Source: the human T2T-CHM13v2.0 reference genome, Homo sapiens | Direction: 5' to 3' (one strand) | NCBI RefSeq assembly: GCF_009914755.1 | Contig: NC_060938.1 | Length of the DNA stretch: 64,000 bases | Shown here: piece after piece, positions 37,037 to 52,286 of the stretch | Layout: the number at the start of each line of letters is the position of its first letter | How positions within the stretch are numbered: position 1 is the first letter of the stretch | Translations under genes and position numbers: made by a program | Notes under the pieces: model-generated | Database searches by the model: none | Told to the model about the DNA's origin: nothing | What the model saw: only the letters and a program-made list of their open reading frames with translations

Positions 37037-38671
37037 TACTCCAGTATATTTTCATCCACAGTTGTGCCAGAGTTTATCTAGTACATATACCTAGAAGTGC
37101 AGTTTCCTGCTAGGTCATAAGCTGGATGTTTATAACTTTACTAGGTATTGCCAAATTGCTTTCCAAAGTGATGTACAAATTCACACTCCCACCAGCAGAA
37201 TATAAATATTCCAGTTTCCTTGCATCCTTGACAGTTTTTGGTATTGCCAATAAATCAAATAATGTAGTATAAACCAACTCAATATAGTGTAAGCCAGATT
37301 TACCCTGTAAAACATATGCCTAAAGTTCCCATTTTAAGGTCCTTGTTTCTACTGAGAATCCAGAGGCCTCAAAGGTGCATATATTGCACATTACCTCCCT
37401 CATTTCCTATTCTACTAAGCCCCAGTGAGTGGCCTTCCCTGCAGGTGTCAGCTTGGAGCTGGTCTCTTCTTTATTAGCACCAAGTTGCTGTCTTTTAAAT
37501 TTAGAACTGTTGTAGTTCTTCTAGTCCTGCAGAATTTCATTACTCTGGCCTCAATTGCTCACATGTACCATCTTTCAAAAATGTCAGGATAGATGAGAAG
37601 ATCACAGGGCCATACTCTCCTTCAGACGATAAAGCAAAACACAACCAAACCCTCAAAGCAGATATGATTACTGCAGCAACAGGAAATAAAGGCACAAAAA
37701 TTGTTATAAATGATTGTTTTCATAGAAAAAAAGTATTACCAAAATACATTCATTTTTTACCCACTGTAGGCTTCCCTCTTTGGAGGCATTGATTAGTAGA
37801 TACGAAATCCTTATCTTCTCTCTAGAGTTTGAAATGTATAATTAACAATGGAGTCTGTCAGATCAACAATTCTCATCACAGAATGTCCTGTGTTTTAGTC
37901 TTTGTGGACCATATGGTTGATCTACCTTATCATTGTTATTAGTGTGGACCCTTTTTTGTGTTAGTCTTTTTCTTACATTTTCTACAATAGTTAAACAAAA
38001 TATTTATTTTTGTTGTTATATGATTTTAAAAACCTTATATTATTCAGCTTAGCCTGAAAGCCCAACTGTGCAACAGAAAATGGCTCTTCTCTTAATTAAT
38101 TAATTTCAATTTGATGAATTAACTTTAATAACATGCTAATGTATAGAAAGCTACTAAATTTTTCAGAATAAGTGTATTGAAATTTCTCTTCCAAGAGTGA
38201 TGCCAGCTTTGCTTCCTTTATTTGTGAGTGGGAAGTGAGGTTTAATGCTACAATGGCCTTCTAGAAACCCTGAAGCAGTAGTTTGACAAGGATGGAAACG
38301 TTGAGATCATTGAATTATTGAGCTTGAATAAACTTCTGAGCATTCATTGATTAATTTATCAAATAACCATGTATTAAACACTTCCATATGTCAGGCACTG
38401 TGCTAAGTGTTGGAGATAAAATGATGATCAGGGAGAAGATATCCTTCTCCTGGTTCAAATCCGTTGTCTAGTTTTCATCAGCTTTTGAGTCAATATAATG
38501 TTTAAGGACATGAGATTCTACAGCCAAATAGAAGGATTTCTATTGCTCTTTGGTTTTGACATTTAACTTGAAAAGTAACACTAATAATGACTAATCTATA
38601 ATCTAAGATTATATAAGTATATGTATAATTACATATAATTACATATTTTATATTGTGTATATATGCATATA

Positions 38672-38980
38672 CATGGATGGAACTGGAGGCCATTATCCTT
38701 ACCAAACCAACACAGGAACAGAAAACCAAATACTGCATATTCTTATTTATAAGTGGGAGCTAAATGATGAGAACACATGGACACATAGAAGGAAACACAC
38801 ACTGGGGCCTGTAGGAAGACAGAGGGTGGGAAGAGGGAGAGGATCATCAAAAATAACTAATGAGTGCTAGGCTTAATACTTGGTGATGAAATAATCTGTA
38901 CAACAAATCCCCATGACACAAGTTTACCTACGTAACAAACCTGCACTTGTACCCCTGAAGTTAAAAGTTAAATAAAGAAA
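38672..38980 (+). mobile_element. Older L1PA 3' end fragment
   Basis: catggatggaactggaggccattatcct...gaacagaaaaccaaatactgcat...gtaacaaacctgcacttgtacccctg. Confidence 0.88.
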
Positions 38981-40372
38981 AGAAGCACCTTTTCTATTTA
39001 TTACTGAAAAAATACATATTGTAAACCTTAAAAAATAAGAGACGACAGGTTCTTGAGCAGAAACTGTGATTCAGAATTTTGGATTGGCTGCACTTGAAAT
39101 ACTAACATAAAGACTGGTTTTGCCAGTGGAATCTGAGTTTGGAATTTGACTCCTTTTTTTCCTGCTACTCCCTTCCCCAGCTTGTACATGAATGCAGTCT
39201 TCTAGCTCATTTAAATTAGTTCTTTAACTTATAGCAACTGAAAGTAGAGTGGTTTGATTTTATCAACTGGAACAAACAACTCAACAGTTTTTGTAGTTTT
39301 TGTCTGTTGCTGTCCCTCTCCTTTTCAGATGTCATTAAGTGACTTTCCTGGGCTTAAGAGTCTACCCTGAGGACCTCAATACTCTGGTTTCTGCCCAAGT
39401 TGTCTGGTCTACCTCCTGAACTAGCATGTCTACAATCTGAGGAAATGCACCCTAAATTGATACCCTGATATTTTCAGTGGGCTATGGATTGGCAGGAAGA
39501 GACCATAAACACACACTTTATTTAATTTCTGAGTTAATTATCCAGGGATAAAAGTATTATCAGAAACATGGTGGCTACACAGGAAAGCAACAGATGTAGT
39601 ATTCACTAAAACAGCTTCATTTGGTACCCAGAGTCCTTCATAGCAGCAAGCAGCTGATAGAGACACTCCATTTGGGGGTTGAGTCCTTCCAAATCTTTCT
39701 GGAAAGCTCAATTCTTTCTATGACACAGTCTTATGTGCTTGGGGCTTATGTCACATTCTAAAATAATTGACATTGACAATCGATGCATGCCCATTTAAAG
39801 GATTGTTTTTGAACACTGGAATCTGTCAGTTCTTAATGCAAATGTAGCATAGCAAGGCCACATCTTCTTCTGGAGCAGGAGTTAGAATCCACGTGCAGAT
39901 GTTCTGGACAAATGGCTTTGCTTCCAGATTTGCAAAATGTTCTTGAAAACCCTTATCCCTATAGGCACAGATACCATAAGAGAAAAAATAGAAATAAGTA
40001 GGAATCGGGATTGGGATTTGCTTGAATCTTTACAGCAAGACCCTCTCCATATTTTCAGTTTTCAAAATCAGTGAAATACTTCAGATCAGTGGTTTGTAAA
40101 TTGCTCTGTGGAGACCTCAGATTCTTTGATAATGCCAGAGGAGGAAACATAAGTATTTTTCGTTTGTTAGGACCTCAATCATTCCTGGATAATGAATTTT
40201 CAGAGGGGAATGGACTTGGTTTATTTTATAGACTGTTTGAGCCTAAAGGAAAATGACTACACCTCCCAAAGCAGATGACTAATTTTCAGAAATTGTTTTT
40301 TGGAAAAGTGGGTCTCCTTTTTAATTTCCCATTCGCACCCCTTGTATGTTCTCTTATCAGTGAAGGAGATGA

Positions 40373-40754
<382 letters not shown>

Positions 40755-40927
40755 GATTGATACTTTTTTGTTGGTTCATTCCAGTGCTGAAAATTGGGCT
40801 GGATTTGCCAAAACAAATCTGAAACTGGCTTTCTATGCCTGTGGATTCTGTTCCTATTGTCTGTCCATTCACTGTTCTGTTTAGTTCATGGATTAAGACT
40901 GTCAGCATCACGAAGTATCAGCAGTAG

Positions 40928-40983
40928 GATGTTTGGTGCAGGGAAGATGTGAGCACCTGCATATCTTCCCTGCACCAAACATC
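40928..40983. repeat. Inverted repeat, 24-bp arms with 8-nt spacer
   Basis: gatgtttggtgcagggaagatgtg / catatcttccctgcaccaaacatc: 23 of 24 Watson-Crick pairs, and the other is G-U. Confidence 0.92.
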
Positions 40984-41577
40984 TGATACTTTTTTTTTTT
41001 TGAGGAAATAAAAGCCCCAAGGAACCAAGTACGACACTTTGACAGTCATTGGGTTTTTTGAGCCTGGGCCTTGTTAAGGCAGCTGCCTGTACCGTTGTGG
41101 AATCACTTCAGCTACTGTCTAGTCCTCAGTGCTAAAGCCTCAGGGCATTGATTTTAGATAATAATAGTGGTCAACATTAATTGAGCATTTACTATATGCT
41201 AAACAGTGTCCTAAGTGCTTACTTGTAGGAACTAATTCAGTCCTCGCAGTAACTCTAGGAGACAGATACTACACTGTCATTGTGGATGGGATGGGGTTTG
41301 GGTGGGGAATTGGGGTGGGGCTTGTTGGGGAAAGAATCTAAAGCACAAAGATAGCTTTCCCAAGGCCATGCTGCTGATTTGGGTTTGGAACTGGGATTAA
41401 AATCCACATTCTCATGGGTTCCAAGCCCATGGTTATAGTCAGTCATTATGTTCCACTTCCTCACTAGCTGTTCATCAAGTATTATCAGAAAGCAAGGAAT
41501 TATTTTTCAGACTAGCAGAAATTTACTAGTGACTTAGTAATATGTCAGAATGTCATGGTAGAAAATCATTCCAGAGC

Positions 41578-41895
41578 TTTGCTGTTTAGTACAGTAGCCA
41601 CAATCCACATCTGGCTGCTGAGCACTTGAAATGTGCCTGGTCTGAATTGAGGTGTGTTTTACGTTTAAAATCACACTGTATATTGAAGACTTAATACCAA
41701 AAAAAGTGAAAGATCTTAGAAAAAGTTTCTTATGTTGATTATATGTTGAAATGATAAAATTTTGGATATATTAGGTTAAGTAAAATGTATTATTAAAACT
41801 AACATCACTGGCTTCTTTTTACTTTTAAAAAATGTAGCCACTAGAAAATTTATAATTACATATGCCACTTATTTTATATTGCTATTGGACATTAT
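41578..41895. mobile_element. MER33/MER3-type hAT MITE
   Basis: gtagccac...tggctgctgagcacttgaaatgtg...tattggaca, about 320 bp. Confidence 0.7.
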
Positions 41896-43112
41896 TCTAG
41901 AGAATTAAAAATGTGCAAATTATCCACAGCCATTTCCTCATACCTGTGACACTCAGTCATTCATCCGAATTAGCTTGTGGTCAGTTTGAGGCAGTTTGTC
42001 TAACGTTTGAGTTACGAGATCAGAGCAAGAGGTGCTGGTCCATTTTAGACGTGCTTTATTTAGTTTGTAGAAAAACACACTGAACCATCCTATTCCGCTA
42101 CAGAGTGCCCCAGCTTCACAAAGCAGAATATGGAAGGGTAGACTAGTGAAAATAAGTAAATACAGATAAATAGGTTATGACATGTAGTTGAGATTCAGAT
42201 AAGTGGAGCAAGATTCCGCAGATTGCACTGTATTAGTGACAGTGAGTGTATTCTAAGAGAGGAGAGGATCTTTATGTGTGGTAAAAGTAGCTGGGGACCA
42301 AGTTGTTGAGAATTTTGTATGTCAGGAAAAGGAATGCATTTGGAGTGACAAACTTTTGTCACTTTCCAAAGACTCCTTTTAGAATTCTTTATTGATCAAT
42401 AGAATATTTTGTCGTGACTTACTTCATAATTTATGATATGTTAAAATTTCCAAATTTTCTGTTTATTTTATGTTAGTTACATCTTAGATTGATGATTCCC
42501 TGGTGGAATTTGGAAAGACATCTTAATCACACCAGCAGTATTTATGTAAACCATTTTTAAGGATGGTTTACTTCTTAGTTAACTCTAAAGGAAGGATAAT
42601 GTCATCTATTGAATAAAGATTCTCACTTTTCTACTTGGAGATCATATTGTCTTCTTAAATCTTTGTCCCTTAGGCTTTGATAATGGACTACATCTCATCT
42701 GGGGGCCTCTCTTCTCTGACTGTATTAACCATACTTATCTTGGAGTTGAAAGACCTTGGAAGGAAGCCAGGATCTAACAGTCAGGGTCTATGGATCTTTG
42801 GCAAGTATTACAGGCAGGCCCTGGATGTGTGGAGTAACAGAGGCCTCTAACGAGGGGGCACAATAGGGTTGGCTTATGTGGACATTACATTCTGAAATTG
42901 GCACATGAGGTTAAAAAATGCTTATAATCAAATTTGGCCTGGATAAGGCTTTTAAACTACTCCTAAATTAGACGCTTGAAAGCTCCAAAGCCAGGATTTA
43001 GCATTGTTGATTTTGCTTTGTATTTCTTCTGAGACACCCCTTTCCAGGAGACACGGAAGTCAGGTCTACTTGGAATGAGGAAAAGGGTTATGTGGTAAAT
43101 AGAAAATTCTCA

Positions 43113-43399
43113 GTCCAGGCACAATGGCTCACACCTGTAATCCCAGCATTTTGGGAGGCTGAGGCAGGAGGGTCACTCAAGGTCAGGAGTTCAAGACCAG
43201 CTGGGCAACATAGTGAGTCCCCATTTCTACAAAATTAGCTGGGCATGGTGGAATACACCTGTAGTCCCAGCTACTTAGGAGGCTGAGGCAGGAGGGTCCA
43301 TTGAGCCCACAAGTTCGAGGCTGCAGTGACCCATGATTGTATCACTATACTTCAGTTTGGGAGACAGAGCAAGACCTTGTCTCAAAAACAACAACAAAA
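43113..43399 (+). mobile_element. Alu (AluJ-like)
   Basis: Diverged dimer containing gttcgaggctgcagtga. Confidence 0.92.
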
Positions 43400-43759
43400 T
43401 ATCCTACTCCCTCTCATTTTTTCCCCAAGAGTATTGAAAGCTGAATTTGTGTAAGTTATACATAAATATCATGCAACTTCATTGTACTGCTTATTTTCCT
43501 AATAAGTTAATTGACTTGTATTATGCTTTACATATTTTGGGCTTGTTACTTGTTTGTGCCTAATGTATGAAAGGCAGCTAGAACCTATCTTTCTAAACTG
43601 AAGAGCTCTAAATCTGGTTAGGGAAATAGACAAGTAAATCAAGGGTTATAATGCAAATTAAGAAGTACTTTAACAAGGCCTTTCCTCAGTGCTTTAGGAC
43701 CACAGAGGAGGAGCCATTAAAGTGATCTGGGCATGAGTAAAGGCTGTATGTGACATCCT

Positions 43760-44790
<1,031 letters not shown>

Positions 44791-45399
44791 ACTTACTTTT
44801 CTCTCTGGCATGGCTTCCACATTTATTTGCCTAATGAGTGGATCGATAAATGAATGATGACTATATTCTCTTGGCACTAGCAGAATCTGTTATTTCCCAA
44901 TGTACCATTTCTCTGAAATAACTTTACAGTTCTTTATTGGAACAAAAGACTTTATCAGGACTTGTCAGGAGCTCTTGGATTCTGCCAAGACAGCATCTCA
45001 CTCACAGATGGAAATTGCCATTAATTGTCTGCTTTGATGGTGGAGCACAACATTGGAAAAGAAGACGCCTCCTGGAAAGCAGGTTTTGCCATTGGTGAGA
45101 GAGAATAAGAGTGAATTGGGCTGGCCACAGCCTCCCTCATATTGAGAAACCCAATTGGTAATACTCAGCTAGCATACAGATTAGTAATGTGTGAGTGTCT
45201 GCATGTGTGTGCATGCTTCCGTGTTTATATATTACCAGTGTATGTGCGTACCTTTGTATATATGAGTAAAAATATATATGAAGTAAAAAATCAAAATCTA
45301 ATAACTCAAAATCCAAAGACTTGAACACCCCAAGGGAACACTGAAGTCTCAGCAGAACCCTTGATGCTTGGGAAAGTAGAAATATAGGGAAGGTTTGCA

Positions 45400-47200
45400 T
45401 AATTCCCTGTGTTCACTTCTAGCTCACTGAATGTGACTTTCTGCTGAGCCTAAGCATACAGCAATGAATAACAACAATAGTAACAACATGAGGGGTCCCT
45501 GCTTTCATAGAGCTTGCATTCTAGTAAGTGGGGCAAAAAGCAAGCAAAGAAATCTAAGTTATATATGGTGGTATAAATGCTATGAGGAGAGGAAATAAAG
45601 CACAATGAGGGAGAAGATGATGGAGTGCATTTTAGAAATGGGAATTGATAGAATCTGGGATTTGCTTGACAAAAAGTTGAAGGAGAAGCAGATGCAAAGA
45701 CCTGAGATTCAGGTGCTTGTTGAATTCAAGGGACATGAAAAAGAACAAATTAGGGAAGGTCAAGTTATATAAAGCCTTTAAGCCATGGTAAGAAGTTTGG
45801 ATTTTATTCTGGTTACAATGAAAAAGCCATCAAGCGCTATTTAGCAAGGGAGTGACTGGTCTGAATTAGGAAAACCCCCCTGGCTGTTCTATGGAGGGTG
45901 GAGTATGGTGTGTGCTAGAAGAGACAGAAGATACATAGATGGCTGTTACTGCAACCCAGGGAGGAAACATAGCAATGTGGATTAGAGTAGAAGTGATGGG
46001 AATTGTAAGTAGATGAGTGTGGGATATATTTTGGAGGTAGAGTCAACAGGATTTATTGATGAATTGTACATTGAGTATGCGAGGTGAGTAACTGAGGATA
46101 ACTTTATTAGTCAAGATAAGCTAGGCTGTGTTGTGGCAACAAACTGTTCCAAAATCTCAGAGGCTTAACACAAAAGAGGTTTATTTCTCAGTAATTTGTA
46201 TATCCCTGTGTTTTGGCTGGTGGCTTTGCTTTGTTTATTATTGTTCTTACTCTAGGACATGGGATGGCAGGGTAACCACTAACTGGAACATTGCTGGTTG
46301 ACATTGAAAAGGGATAAATAAAATTTAAAGGGTTTCACCCTGGGAGTGATTAAGCATTTGGCCTCGACATGACACATAACACTTCTGCTCAAACTAATTG
46401 GCCAGAAGTAATCATATGGCTCCATCCTGCACAAGGGGCCGATAAATACAATCCTGTCTTGTGCCAGGAGACAAAGGACTAGAGCCTACTCAGACAGCAA
46501 CACCAATGACTCTATAGTATCTTCCTGGTTTGAATAACTGTTAATGGCATTATCCAAGTGCAGATATTTGAAAGGAATGAGCTGGGGGGATGTGAAATCC
46601 ATATTTCTTTTTTAGCCTTTTTTAGTTTAAAAGCCTATTGAGTGGAGATGTCAAGAAGACACTTGGAGATATGATTCTTAAGATCGGAGAAAATCTAGGG
46701 GTAGAGAAATAAATTTGAGCATCCACAACATGAATATGACACTTAAAGTATCAGGACTTATAGGTACCTGTTGAGAACCCTCAAGTTCTATCTTTGGATT
46801 CCTATAAAGAAGGAATTCCTATAGAGAAGGAATCCAAAGACAGAACATGAGGGCTCTCAACAGGTAGAGATCTTACAGAGAGAAAACCAACAAAGGAAAT
46901 AAAAAGAGAGAGGTTCTCATGGTAGATAGAAACACAAGAGAGTATTGAATCTTAAAAGGCCTCAAGAAGTAAGTATTGCAAGAAAAAGGGAATGCTGAGA
47001 GGTCAAGGAAAATGAGATTTAATTATTGGATCTGGCAAGCTATTGACCATTTTACTGGTTTGGTATAAAGAAGAGGCTAATTTAAAGGGGGCTGAGAAGA
47101 GAATGGTAAGTGTGGAATTGATGAAAATGGTCATAGACAACTTTTGGAAGAGTTTTGCTGTAATCATAGCAGTAAAGTGGGGTCAGTAGTGAAAAGGGAC
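45400..47200 (-). mobile_element. Fragmented L2 (antisense) with a nested old MLT1 at about 46103-46515
   Basis: Purine-rich L2-like motifs (gatatattttggaggtagagtcaacaggattt, gtggagatgtcaag). MLT1 start ttagtcaagataagctaggctgtgttgtgg. Confidence 0.6.
46765..46866. repeat. Inverted repeat, 39-bp arms with 24-nt spacer
   Basis: tacctgttgagaaccctcaagttctatctttggattcct / aggaatccaaagacagaacatgagggctctcaacaggta: 36 of 39 complementary. Confidence 0.92.
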
Positions 47201-48399
47201 ATGGTGTCAAGAAGATAGGTGGTCAGGAAAGGGAGCAGGTTTGTGGGCCAGATGATGGTTTTGTCTTTTGAAATATGCTGACCTGATAAAAAGGTATTCA
47301 AATGAAAAGCATTCAGATATTAGTTGGAGATATAAGTCAGACATAGAGAAAAACCAGTGCCAGCATAAACATGGAGGAGCCCTCTTCATAGAGAAAAGAG
47401 AACAGGGAACACAGATGGGCTCTGATAGGAAAAGTATAGAGAAAAAAGATTGAGCGCTCACATTAATAAAATCAGGAGAAAAAAGCAGATTATGTCCTAG
47501 AAATCAAGGAAAGAAAGTTTAAATACCTTTGCAAGAGGTTTTTCTTCACTTTCTATGTTCCTGGAAATATGTAGTCTATATTCTGTACTCTCTGGCCAAA
47601 TTTGAAGGGGATAGTACTGTAGCTGATTAAATATATAATCTAAGAACTGTGGAATAAAGATAGGATTAAAGGTTTTTTAAATCTCAAATCAGTGGGGTTG
47701 ATGCTCTTTGTGTTTCTGTTCTTTTTGTTATTGTTTTCTCTTGTTATTTTGAAATTTCTCTAAAAACTACTTAAAAGTATAGTTAGTGCCATACTCATCG
47801 TTGTATTTTTCTTCTTTTTTACCTCCTCCTCCTCCTTCATCACCATCTTCACTAATGATTATCACTAGCAAAATAATCATCACCATCAGACTTCATTAAA
47901 TTAACTATTTTGGTATTTTAATAATTCAGAGCTATTTTTCATAATTTGGTTAGAACTACTGAGGGGCATTCATTTTAGTATAATAGAACATTTTTATAGC
48001 ACTTCTGGTTATTTGAGTACTTATTAAATGCTTACTTTAAACATGGGCATAATTTCTGCCCTAAGTCCTTTTCAGTTAAATTTCCTAGGAAAGATACAAG
48101 AGTTCCAGGATGGAAAAGAAGTGCTCAGAGGGAATACAAGAGATTAAGACCACAAATATATGGTATCACTAGAATAATTTGGCAGAGGTTTATTTCTATT
48201 TAGGTTAGTTGGCTATAATAAACATATGTAGATAAATAGTATAGGAATATAGTACAGGGTAAAATGGTGACTCAATATCTTAATATCAAATGAAAAATGG
48301 GCTGCTTCCTCCTTCTAGGCTGGAATAATGTACTATTATTGACACCCCTTCTCTGGAGTATAATTTGGCTTAGTTCTGGTGGTCTGTTGAGTGGCTTGG

Positions 48400-48545
48400 T
48401 CTCACTCTCTTTCTCTCTCTCTCTCTCTCTCAACCTCTCTCCCCTCTCCCCCTTCCTCCTCTTTCTCTCTGCCCTTCCTTCTGGCTGTCCATCCTTCTCT
48501 CCCTCCTCCGCTCCTCCCCACTATCTCTCACTTCTCCAACTCAGT
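48400..48545. repeat. CT-rich low-complexity tract
   Basis: (CT)n followed by a C/T-rich run. Confidence 0.8.
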
Positions 48546-51336
48546 TCTTTCTATCAGTGTCTTGACATCTAACTAGTTACCCTAGAGACCTCAAAGCAAT
48601 TATTCTTTCCTTAAACATTCCTTCAAAACCCAGTCGTTCCTTAGGCATATTGACTTGAATCATGTCTATCTTTGCCATTGCTACCTTCTTAGTTCTAATA
48701 TTCATCATTATTTTCTGGGTTACCTCCATGGCATCCTAACTTGTGCCTGCCTCTTTTGTTTTATTCCACTCCAATGATCCCTCCTATTCACATGCCTCTC
48801 CTCCAACCTTCTCCCATCTTAGTTATTGTGCTTAAGAAAATTATGGATCATAGACCAAGTATAGGATAGCAGTGTGAGGAAGTAGATTGAAGGAGGGAGA
48901 CATAGGAGTTGGAGTTAGAACTAGTTCGGAAGTTAGATTGTACTTGTCAATGAGAGACTTAATCCAGATTCCATCTCTCTAGGACAGAATAGACCATTTC
49001 TATCTACATGGAGTATCCCTTACATGATATCCATATTTCTCTCTTAACATCATTGTACACATATGTTTACATGTGTAACACTTCTACTAAATTGTAAGCT
49101 CCTTAAGGTCAGAGACCATGTCCTAACATTCAGTAAGCTCTCCATGGTTGTTTGTTGAGTAAACAAATAAAATATGGTCTTAAATAGAACCAGTGTCAGA
49201 AGGAATAGGGTGGAGAAAATGAATATAAAAAAGATTGGATATGGAATTAAATGGACTTAGTAAAATATTAATTCTGGGACAATGAAGAGAGAAGGTTCAG
49301 ATATATCTACACAAATTTGAGCTTAGGTGACCATTAACAGAAATAAGGAAGTTGGGAGGAGGAACCGATGAGTTTGCTTTTAGGCAGGTTGATTTTAAAG
49401 TTCTGTAGAGAATTTTAATTTTAGGTGGATGAATTGTTCCAGCAGACAATTCAGATTTGAAGCCTGAAGCTTTGGAGGGAGTTTTGGTCTAGAAGTAAAG
49501 ATGTGTTAGTGAGTGAAATTACCAAGACACCGCAGTGAAAACAGGAAAGAGAGCCTTCATCAGATGCGTGGGGGAAGCCTCTTTTTAAGAAATTTGGAAA
49601 AGGAGCTGACAGAAAATGAGTCTGAAAATGAGAGGCAGAAATGAGTCATCAAAGAGTTACTTGGAAAGTGTACAGTCAGGAAACCCAGGAAAAGAGGATG
49701 TTGAGGAAGGAGTGAGAGAAATGCCAGCTATTGCACAGATATTGCATATTATGAGAATGGAGGCCTATATAAATTTGAGTAGTAGAACATCAGTAATATT
49801 ATTTTAGAATTATTTGCTCTTGGGTTAAATATGTTTTCTCTTAGGAAGCAACTAAGTTAAAACACGATATTTAGAGTGCTGCAGAGACAAGGTTGTAAAA
49901 ATTCTCTCCTATATCATCGGTGGTTGAATAAAATTCCTTTATTGGTTTTTCTTGGAACTGTACCCTCTAGCCAAACAGCCCAGTGGAATCCAGTGATAGA
50001 AGCCAAAGAAATAAAAGCTAAGTGTCTCAATTTATCCTGTTGTCACTTTCAGCTTTCTCTGCTCATTATTAGATACCAAGATAAGCAATAGATTTAGGTT
50101 TTTTGATGGAATTCTAGTGGATGCCTTGGCTCTCTTTGTCCTGGATCTAGGGACACTCTAGTCAGATTCTCAAATTTTTTCTTTTTTCTTTTTTGCACAT
50201 TCATGGCTTGAATAAGGGTAAGAGAGCCCGGGATAGATGCTAACAATCTTTCAGATTGTTATCTGAAATAGATATCTTGAGATATGCTGTTAGTATTTTC
50301 TTCAAGGCATGCCATGTTGTTAGCATTTTCTTCAAGGCAGCCCATGATTAGGCCAGAGGAGGAGGATGCCGCTATTCACTTCTAACCTCCATCCTTGAAT
50401 TATGGTAAATACAGAAGATGCTTGCTGGTCAGAAGAGAGTTGACTCATTATGTCAGGTAGTAAACCAAAAATTTTCTCCCTTTATGATGAAAGAAAACGC
50501 AGATAAAAGCATGACCAATAAACAAGCCATAAGAATGGGGAAAACAGTGATGACACGGGGTTAGTGCTATAGAAGTTCCCAGAAAGGTGTTTGAAAACTC
50601 TGGGCCTATAAATTTAATTATGTACTATTATTTACTAATATTATATACTAATATTTACTTTGTTTGGAGGTAGAAACGCTTTACTATCCACTTGTCTTTA
50701 GTGTGAACACTTTCTTAGGAAGCATTAATGAAACACCTAATACTACCTGCTTCCATGGCAGTCCAAAATTAAGCTCTAAAGATTGAGGAGTCAGAGGTAA
50801 AGGTCGGTAGGTTTTTCTGTGGTCTTGACTTCTTCTCAAGATATCTATTTGATTTCCAGTAATAGGAAGTGGCTCCCAATTACATCTATTCCCAGGGTCC
50901 CTCCCTATTCTCTTGTCATCTTGATTTCAGTTTGGCCTGATTAGATGGTACTAAGTTTTCTATATGGTAATTTATATTACAAGAAAAATTGGTAAATGGT
51001 GGGATACTGCTTCAAATCTGCAGCAATATAGGTAGGTGTCTTTGGTGAGGTTTTGTTTGCAATTATAGGATTCCCTAGATGGGGACTCTTTCATGAAAAA
51101 TCATAACAGCAAGTGGTTGAATAAAGGTTATTTCTAGACTGTTTTCTCCAGACTAATTAGAGTAGTACAAGGGCCAACCATACAGCCTCATAGTTTCAAG
51201 GGTGCTTTGGGAGTCAGATGGACTTGAGTTTAAATCTTGCCTCTGCCACATAAAAGCTTTGTGAGCTTGGACAAGTCATTTACTTCTCTCAGCCTCAGTT
51301 TTCTCATCTGTAAAATGAGATAATTATGGCATCTTA

Positions 51337-51738
<402 letters not shown>

Positions 51739-52241
51739 TTAGTATCTAGCCTTCATTATTAGTCTTAGATGGAAAACTGGATGCCTCAATAGACCTGGCC
51801 AGGACAGCATTCCCACAGTCTCCATCAAGTCAGCAAGCTTTATCAGCTTTATCTCTGATATTTCTTTCTAGACAGTTCCTCTCCTTTTTCATCATTACCA
51901 CTACTGCTGTAGACCTGGGCACTACCTTCTCTTAGTTGGATTTTTTGGTAATACTTATACACGGTTGCCATGTAGTTCTCATAAAACTTGTTTTGTTTTG
52001 TTTTGTTTTTTCCCCCACTGCTCAAATACCTGCTCTAGATCCCTGGTCCTCAGCTTTGTACTTAAGACTATGATTTGGTATGAGCCAGTTTTATCAATTT
52101 AATCATCTATTTTTTATTTTCTTCACGCATTTCTCCCCAAACACACATATCATCCCCAAGCCAATAATAATTCCTTTCAAAGTACTTTTTGTACTTTTGG
52201 TCTTATGTATGTCATGTTGCAATAGCTTTTCAAGTTGATTT

Positions 52242-52244
<3 letters not shown>

Positions 52245-52284
<40 letters not shown>
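52245..52284. repeat. (GT)n microsatellite
   Basis: About 20 GT units. Confidence 0.95.

Positions 52285-52286
<2 letters not shown>

Noticed and set aside
40928-41001. Hairpin plus T run as an intrinsic or Pol III terminator
   Set aside because: Eukaryotic Pol II intron. The adjacent Alu is antisense, so no sense Pol III promoter is evident. Kept only as a hairpin finding.
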